Source of the DNA: Pecten maximus
Taxonomy: Eukaryota
DNA: 64,000 nt
Reading direction: 5' to 3'
NCBI RefSeq assembly: GCF_902652985.1
Contig: NC_047032.1
Span: forward strand, 23,622,001-23,686,000
Positions 55,289 to 64,000 of the stretch are shown one piece after another. The notes beneath the pieces are model-generated. The model did not search any database. It was not told where the DNA came from and worked only from the letters and a program-made list of their open reading frames with translations. Made by a program: the position numbers and the translations under genes. Within the stretch, counting starts at the first letter, position 1; every line of letters begins with the position of its first letter.

Positions 55289-55508
55289 GGACCAGTTGTT
55301 CAAAAGGTTTTAACAACATTTTTCAAATCCTGATTTAATAATTTCTGGTCGAACTAGCTGGACAAAACTTTATGAAATTCTGTAATTCTTAATTTTCTTC
55401 CAACTGGCATTGTTTAAAGATGATATACTCACAGGTTTTGCAACAAATAAGATATGAAATTTTCACTAATCAAGTGATTAAGCTAATCACCTTTTGAACA
55501 ACTGGGCC
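55289..55508. mobile_element. Harbinger-type MITE (220 bp) inserted into a satellite unit
   Basis: TIR GG(A/C)CCAGTTGTTCAAAAG, CAG duplicated on both flanks; removing it restores gacacCAGac.tggac. Confidence 0.85.
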
Positions 55509-57166
55509 CAGACGTGGACATTCTGACAGATAGGTATATATATCTGATGTATCATGAGATCCCCTCTGGCCCGACACCAGACTTGGACATTCTGACAGAT
55601 AGCTATATATATCTATGAGATCCATCTGGCCCCGACACCAGACTTGGACGTTCTGACAGATAGCTATATATATCTGATGTATCATATATCCCTCTGGCCC
55701 CGACACCAGACATGGACATTCTGACAGATAGCTATATATATCTGATGTATCATATATCCCTCTGGCCCCGACACCAGACTTGGACATTCTGACAGATAGC
55801 TATATATATCTATGAGATCCCTCTGGCCCCGACACCAGACATGGACATTCTGACAGATAGCTATATATATCTGATGTATTATGATATCCCCTCTGGCCCC
55901 GACACCAGATGTGGACATTCTGACAGATAGCTATATATATCTGATGTATCATGAGATACCTCTGGCCCTGACACCAGATGTGGACATTCTGACAGATAGC
56001 TATATATATCTGATATATCATGATATCCCCTCTGGCCCCGACACCAGATGTGGACATTCTGACAGATAGCTATATATATCTGATGTATCATGAGATACCT
56101 CTGGCCCTGACACCAGATGTGGACATTCTGACAGATAGCTATATATATCTGATATATCATGATATCCCCTCTGGCCCCGACACCAAATGTGGACATTCTG
56201 ACAGATAGCTATATATATCTGATGTATCATGAGATCCTTCTGGCCCCGACACCAGACTTGGACATTCTGTCAGATAGCTATATATATCTGATGTATTATG
56301 AGATCCCTCTGGCCCTGACACCAGACTTGGACATTCTGACAGATAGCTATATATAACTGATATCATATGATATCCCTCTGGTCCTGACACCAGACTTGGA
56401 CATTCTGACAGATAGCTATATATATCTGATGTAGCCCGAGATCCCTCTGGCCCTGACACCAGACTTGGACATTCTGGCAGATAGCTATATATATCTGATG
56501 TAGCACGAGATCCCTCTGGCCCCGACACCAGACTTGGACATTCTGACAGATAGCTATATATATCTGATGTAGCCCGAGATCCCTCTGGCCCTGACACCAG
56601 ACTTGGACATTCTGACAGATAGCTATATATATCTGATGTAGCCCGAGATCCCTCTGGCCCTGACACCAGACTTGGACATTCTGGCAGATAGCTATATATA
56701 TCTGATGTAGCACGAGATCCCTCTGGCCCCGACACCAGACTTGGACATTCTGACAGATAGCTATATATATCTGATGTAGCCCGAGATCCCTCTGGCCCTG
56801 ACACCAGACTTGGACATTCTGACAGATAGCTATATATATCTGATGTATCATGAAATCCCTCTGGCCCTGACACCAGACTTGGACATTCTGACAGATAGCT
56901 ATATATATCTGATGTATCATGAGATCCCTCTGGCCCTGACACCAGACTTGGACATTCTGACAGATAGCTATATATATCTGATGTATCATGAGATCCCTCT
57001 GGCCCTGAAACCAGACTTGGACATTCTGACAGATAGCTATATATATCTGATGTATCATGAGATCCCTCTGGCCCCCGACACCAGACTTGGACATTCTGAC
57101 AGATAGCTATATATATCTGATGTAGCCCGAGATACCTCTGGCCAGACACCAGACTTGGACGTTCTG
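55509..57166. repeat. Minisatellite, 69-70-bp unit, ~24 copies; degenerate copies also at 53740-53840 and 55065-55288
   Basis: gacaccagacttggacattctgacagatagctatatatatctgatgtatcatgagatccctctggcccc. Confidence 0.95.
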
Positions 57167-60086
57167 AATGATATAAAAAGTCGGTTCCTCTGTTTAACTG
57201 GATTTGTAGCTTTCTCTTGGTGTGTGGTTGACCACTGTCTGATGATGGTGAGCTAAGAAAATGGAAATAACCTATTTCTTCTCAGGCATCCAACAAACAA
57301 TGCATCGTCAGATTTGGTTTATTTTGTTTTAATGTCCCATTAACAGCCAGGGTCATTTAAGGACATGCTTGGTCTTTTGGAAAACCAGACATTGCCAGAA
57401 AATATACAAGGACAATGTAGCTTTGCATCTATTTATTTAATCTTTAATTATTTACATTCATTTCAATATATACACTAAACATTTACAATTTTTCAACAGT
57501 AGGCCAACACACCTGAATGAAATTGCAATGATTCATCAGTTACCATTAATCATTAACCAGACACAATTTATCATCTAAACAGCCCTTATGTATCACTTAA
57601 CTTGATCTAACTTACCCAGTTATTGACAAATCCAACCACACTGTAAAGTTACTACAAACACCTGAAAAATCATAATGAGCCTTCGATTTTATCTGAATAT
57701 TAAAATTTCAATATTTACAAGAAAATTAATTCTTATCAGTAGTCTGATTTTTTTTTCAAAATTTCAAAAAATGTTTTTTAAAAGATTTGTTTGTGTGGTT
57801 TCTTGAGTAATTTCTTGATTGTAAAGAAAGACATAGATGTGATGTTTATTTTACAGTTTGAGATCGAAAAATTACTGGTAATAAGCCAATCATAAATTAT
57901 TGTGGATAGACTGCAACATTAGAAGCCAAAATGTCTCCTAGGTTGCAGGCACCAATCTTCGTAATACCAGATAAACTACCGAATTTTGTTTTGAAATTCA
58001 GAAGAATCTAGTACCTTTATAATTTGTGTAGTAATAGTTACATGAAATTTGATCACAAGATGTTTGTGTCGTAACTTACATTCACATAAATACAGAAAAA
58101 TATCTATTTTAATGATAATTTCTAAGAAACATACTTAAATTTTACTGTAAAAAATCCCTGATACTAATCACAACAGACGTCAACTTCAAAGCACCTGGGA
58201 AAGTGACTCTCTATGAAAACTACAGACAACTGTCTATCAGCAAGTTTAGCGATGGAATAGAAAGTATCATGACAATATATGTTACTGACACTGGAAATTG
58301 TTCACTACTGAATGGTTAGGCTTCCATTCTAATATACAGTGTGACATTTTAAATTGTACTCGACATGAAGACAAAGCTGAATGTGAAATAGTGCCAAAAT
58401 GTTTAGAAAGACAACTTTGATTTTGGCCATGACCAATGAATTTGTACGTGCAGTGATCACAGGTCCTGTAAATAAAAATATTTTAATGGACGAGAAATTT
58501 CAAACTACATTTCCTATGTTGATTTATTTTCATGAGTAGCGTGAGAATTCATCAATAGGAAATTTTGAAAATTTACATGTTACGTTTTAACTCATGAACA
58601 TTTCTTTCAAAAGCCCAAGCTCGCAAAATTACTAAGTTTACATTTCAGCTGTTATGGAATTTTGGAAAAAGCCACTTGTAGAATCTTGTTAAATGAAGCC
58701 AGGATTAATGAATGCTTGAAATTCTTTATATCACTTTTCCAAATATACCATTGTAAAACCTTATTTGTTTTCAAACAGTAGATCTGAGAAATTATCCACC
58801 TGAAGACTTAAGCATGACTTACATGCGTTTAGAGACCATCTTTTGGGATCATTTTCTGTTTTAAGTTGATCAAATCTAGCTCGTACAATGTCAATATATA
58901 CTTTATATGTCTTATGAAACAGACATACATGTAGGGTATCTGACATGGGTAGGTATGTGTTGATAAGCATGTGACTCCTTAATGACATGTGGGTATCGTG
59001 TGATACATAGACACCCTGTATAAATACACACAATATCTGGACTTTTATCAATGAAAGGCCTTCACCTCACAGCAATAATATTGCATCATCCCCATATAAA
59101 ACTTATAATATATAAACAAAAGGCTCAACAATGTTACAAAATCAAGCCAGCAGAATCAGCTGACGAGATATCTATACCTAGAATAATCCCTATGCTACAA
59201 AGATATATAAACCCTATATTGTAATCTGTACATACATACTTATACTTTGGCGATAAAATAACAATGATTTCTATATTTGTTAATTTCACTTGTTAGCCAC
59301 TTTTTGTATAGTAACTACATTAGCATTTAATTGTTTTTCCATCTCTTTCTAGACTTTGTCTGGGTCTAATGATCGTAATGGGTCTAACTTCCAGTTCAAG
59401 GTACCTAGTGCACATCAAAAAGTGTGAATATTGTAAGAGCTCACTAAATGAAAATTTAAGTAATGAGTAATGTGGACTTGATTTTAATATCACCTTTTTC
59501 TGTGCCTCTTAAAATAATCATTTAATGATTGTTTTGCCAATATTCATTTCAAGGAAATTTGAATTATGTGGGAATGTCAATCTACATGCATCTTATGTTT
59601 GAACTCTTTCGGTGAGGAGGTGCATGTTAGGTAGCATATACCCTTAAACGAAACAGTGTTACAATATTTAATAGCCATACTACCCCCTTACATCAGACAA
59701 GAAATGCTTTTTATACATGTACATACAAAATATAGGAAACACAATAAAGAGATGATTACTGAACAAAAACATAACCATGGTGTCCACAGATGATGTGAAA
59801 CTCATTTTTGAGTAGAACAGAGGGGAGATGGCCTACACTTGGTGTAAGTATTATATTACACACACAACTTAATTCATATTTGTTTAGGAGAGACGCCAAG
59901 ACTCGGTTTAAGTATGTATATTACAGACACAACTTAATTCATATTTGTTTATTTGTCCGTTCTTGCTCCCAAGATACTTCGGAACAATTAAAGTGTAAAC
60001 AACTGAATGGAACAGGTTGGTATATCAAACTTATAATTAGAAATGAGCACCACAGAGTCAATTTAGTGACTTCATATTTACAAAAT

Positions 60087-61026
60087 AACAAGAGGCCCAG
60101 AGAGCCTGCATTGCTCACTTGGATATTTCAGTAATTATGGCAAAATACTCTGATCTAAGTTATATTTCAAACACTTTCCTACTTTTGAACTACCTCCCAC
60201 AACAATGGTTTAAACTACAGGTAGACCAAATCCGGTCATTCTTGAAAAAGAAAAAGTTATTTTTTTGCTATGTTTTCCCTACTGGGCCCCCTTTCTCCCA
60301 TCCCAAGAATGCCATCCATATCCTTGGTTTATACAACATAAATCTCATTTGCCCAATGATGCTCCAGGGAAGGGTCAGAGTCACCATTTATGCAAACGAG
60401 ATCCCTGAGGGATCTTGGCACCCATCAGTGAATGATCCATATCAATAAAGATGGCCGCCTGTCGGCAATGGTGTTTTTGGATCGGTCACAAATGCAATAT
60501 GCATAACTAGGGACCAAGGGAAAATTACATATGAAATTTGAGAAATATCCCTTCATGCTGAGAAATAGCGATAACAAACTTCAATTTTCAAAATCCAAGA
60601 TGGCCGCCTATCGGCCATGTTGTTTTCCAATTGGTCCCAAAATGCAATATGCACAACAAGGTACCAAGGAGAACTTACTTATGAAATTTGAGAAATATAC
60701 ATACCTTCAAAACTTTCTTAGAAATAGCGATAACAAACTTCAGTTATCAAAATCCAAGATGGTCGCCTGTTGGCCTTGTTGTTTTCCAATCGGTCACAAA
60801 ATACAACATGCATAACTAGGGACCTAGGAAAACTTACATATAAAATTTGAGAAAGATCCTCTCAGTACTTTCTGAGAAATAGCGATAACAAGAATAGCCC
60901 ACCATCTGATGATGGTGGGCTAAATATTTGTTCTCCTTCCCCCAAGGATATTTCTGACCAAATTTGGTTAAAATGTTGCCGGACGCCATGCCATGTTTGT
61001 AAACTCAATGGCCAAGTGAGCTAAAA
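60087..61026 (+). mobile_element. Non-autonomous Helentron/HINE-like element with ~3 internal ~155-bp repeats
   Basis: Starts AACAAGAGGCCC..GCTCAC, internal AAGATGGCCGCC units, hairpin AGCCCACCATCTGATGATGGTGGGCT, ends GTGAGCTAAAAA; family assignment from recollection of mollusc repeats. Confidence 0.6.
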
Positions 61027-63647
61027 ATATGATATTACAAGTTGTCTTTACCAGCTATTTAAAATGTACTGCTAAGATTATAATAGTTTCATAACTAACA
61101 CGGTAGATTAGATCAGAATTGTATCATAACTAACACGGTAGATTAGATCAGAATTGTTAACAACGTTTGAAAAATCTATACTAGTTATAACTCTAATTTT
61201 ACAGTTTTAGCACTTAACGCATGAAGATACTGTAACAGTACTAATTTCCAATAATTTTCCCACGATTTCATTGAGAGAATAAAAAGTCGAAAATTTGCAT
61301 CTTTGAAAATCAAATACATAGATCAAATTATGGTCTGGTGTTGTCTGTTACATATTATTTGAAAAAATACAACCTTGGACAAAAAATATGTTTTTAAGTA
61401 ATTTAAAATTTGCCCTGATAATATACAAATATATACTCTATGAGGTTTTTACAGTATTAAAGGGAGTAGCGAAACTACAGTGTTAAATTACTGGGCGAAA
61501 ATGGCAAAAGTTGATCACTGGCAAATGTACCTTGATACATTATTATTCCACTACCACTTATGACATGTGTAAGTCTAGTGACGTTCACAGAGTAATGAAG
61601 TCCATGAGACTTGGGACCTGAGATATTCATATGTTATCATAAACTCCAGGTATGAGCAGACAATCAGGAACAATCATCTAAACAATAGAATCAATATGTG
61701 AGCTTTTCCCAATACAAGTAGATAACAACAAGAGACCCAGGTGGTCTGAATTGTCTGGAAATGTATCTATAGAATATACCATTGCTTCCAATAATAGATT
61801 CTGCCATTTTATCCCATGACTGTCCCAACACTATTTATACAATATGGAGTCTTATTAATCTGGCATTACTCCAGACCAAAATTAGTCAAAATGAGCCAGG
61901 ACAATGAGGAATCATTTCATATTCAAATTACAAAGACCACATTTTATCATAATTACATGCGTATCTGTTATTTTTTTTATACAGGACAATTTAAATAAAA
62001 TTCATAATCATTATAATTAAATATACATCTTACAATTCTTACTTCAGGAACACATATAAATCAGCTAGGAAATATCACAACGTTTGATATATCACAATTT
62101 TATCGGCTACATATCTCATCCGTTCTATATACATGTATGTACGAGTCAAGATCAGTATTTTTAGGCGTAACAGAAAAAAATATCTGCATTTCAGACACTA
62201 TCTGACACGGTTGAATGAATTGTTTGCACCAGTTTTCTATGTCAAAAAAAAGAGAAAAATCATTGACGTTAAATGACGTTAAATTTCTGTAAGTGATTTG
62301 GCCAAAAGAAAATCTGATTCGATTGATGTATACAGAAATTAATCTGAGAAGTTATAGATAAGGTCATTCAAACTATCAACATAACATACTGATAGTTTTA
62401 GCCTAGGACTCCAATGTTACTGGAGGGTTTGTATCCCCTATGTTTGTCTTACTGTTGGTTAGCACCAAAAGACTTGTCCTGAGAAAGAAGGATATGAGAG
62501 TTAGAAAAGGCAGATTTGACCTTTGTGTTAACAGACCTTTGTGTTACTATTCATAGATATTAGGGTTAAAGAGTAAGAGACCAAGTGTCATTAGTGCTGA
62601 TTCTGTAGATCAACGCAAAAATGAAGTAACATTTCTTGGTCATAATTCAGACATATCTTAAATATCTTAAATTTAAAACTAAAATCTTAAATAAATGAAC
62701 ACTAATGTTCGTTTAAAAATGAGGAGTGATAGAGAAGAAAATATTCAATGAAAATGAAGTCATTAGAATGGTTCATGTTGTTGAACAGCACACAGCAAAC
62801 ATCATGGCAGATCTTCTGATGTTAAAGAAATCAAGGTCCCCAGGCCACACTAATGAACTAGCTAGATAATCAATTGATCTATAGATGTACAGACGGAAAA
62901 CCTGCGAATTAAATGTGACTCAGCAGTGAGTGTAAAGAGTACATTTTGTTAATTACCTTACTACCTCAATTTAGTCAAAACAAAGGACATGTTCAGAACA
63001 AGCTACCTCACCAAATGTAGTGTGAAGGAATCAGACCAATGTGCACAGTGACTATTTTCAAAGTCAAAGTCAAGAATCCAAGATTGGAGTCTACAGTAAT
63101 AAGTATACAGAGCCTGAGTCTTGTATATTGCCACAAAGACAAAAATAAAGGAAATTCTGCAAATGCAAGCATGAGTATAAAAAGGAAGAACTGCACCTTG
63201 TATGGCTGGGACTGCTGGAAATAAAATGCAGAAAACAAGCAAGAATGAAATATGACATCTCCACAAGTCCAGGCAGAGGAAAGGAAGGAAACAATATGGA
63301 GATTATTCTAAAATCCGATCAACTTAAATTAAGTTGAAATAATCATACCATTGAAAGAGCACAAAGACATAGAAAGTAAATGGTTATTAATTAACTTTGG
63401 TGGGATGAGAGATTGTTTCTACAAATATTAAATGCACTACAATAGGAAATGGCTTTAAATGCGTTTAATACTGAAAAGCATCAGGAACTCATCTTAAACC
63501 AAATTCATCATCTTCAAAATGCGAGAAAAATATTTTCTAACCAAAAATCAGTGTTATGTGTTCATTTGGATCTATCCCCCTATAAACATACATGTAGTGC
63601 AAAAATGTTTGGAATTAACTTGGAGACTAATAATACAATGATCATAA

Positions 63648-64000
63648 AACAAGAGGCCCAATGGGCCTGCATTGCTCACATGATATTTCTTAATCAAAAG
63701 AACTTGATTCTAGTCTGTTCAGTTAATCAGAAGAAGTCTTTTGTATGATATAACCTTAGTGAAATTCTGAATATGGTTCAAGGTCACTTCTTTCAGCAAA
63801 TTGTGGGTCTCCATCCCACAAACCTACCAGCTAAATATCATAATTTTATACAGACCTTTTGTTTTGTGAGAAGGTGAATGAATGTTTTAACTTTGACCCA
63901 TGTGACCTTGGATACAGATCAATATCATATATTTTTGTAAACTTTGTGGGTCTCCATCCCAGGAACCTTCCACTCAAATATTATGATTATAGGCAATTTT
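63648..64000 (+). mobile_element. Second AACAAGAGGCCC-type element, truncated by the window edge
   Basis: AACAAGAGGCCCAATGGGCCTGCATTGCTCAC shared with the element at 60087; internal repeat ttgtgggtctccatccca. Confidence 0.55.

Noticed and set aside
55470-57149. Repetitive ORFs up to 330 aa
   Set aside because: Translation of the 69-bp satellite; frames break at indel units.
57400-63600. 3' UTR or exons of a neighbouring gene
   Set aside because: AT-rich with minus-strand AATAAA-like sites, but no recognisable coding exon; cannot be supported from sequence alone.

Overview
AT-rich eukaryotic DNA; the repeat families suggest a bivalve mollusc (inference). Two spliced genes lie on the minus strand. 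One is the first two coding exons of Scribble (ATG at 16832), whose intron 2 appears to run off the left edge. The other is a complete 8-exon otopetrin/OtopLc-like proton channel (48191..27942, 570 aa by my hand-assembled, phase-consistent model). The rest is about 16 minisatellite arrays, several MITEs with intact TIRs and TSDs, a young non-coding LTR element with identical LTRs, and relics of RTE-X, CR1, L1/Tx1, Gypsy and SINE elements. Most notable: three unrelated minisatellites (26, 57 and 40 bp units) are each an amplification of one of the otopetrin gene's own exon-end/5' splice-donor junctions. Each array extends only into the intron, so the real donors are followed by about 10-130 copies of themselves. 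Other arrays may mark unannotated splice sites in the same way. No prokaryotic-type systems, CRISPR arrays or rRNA were seen.
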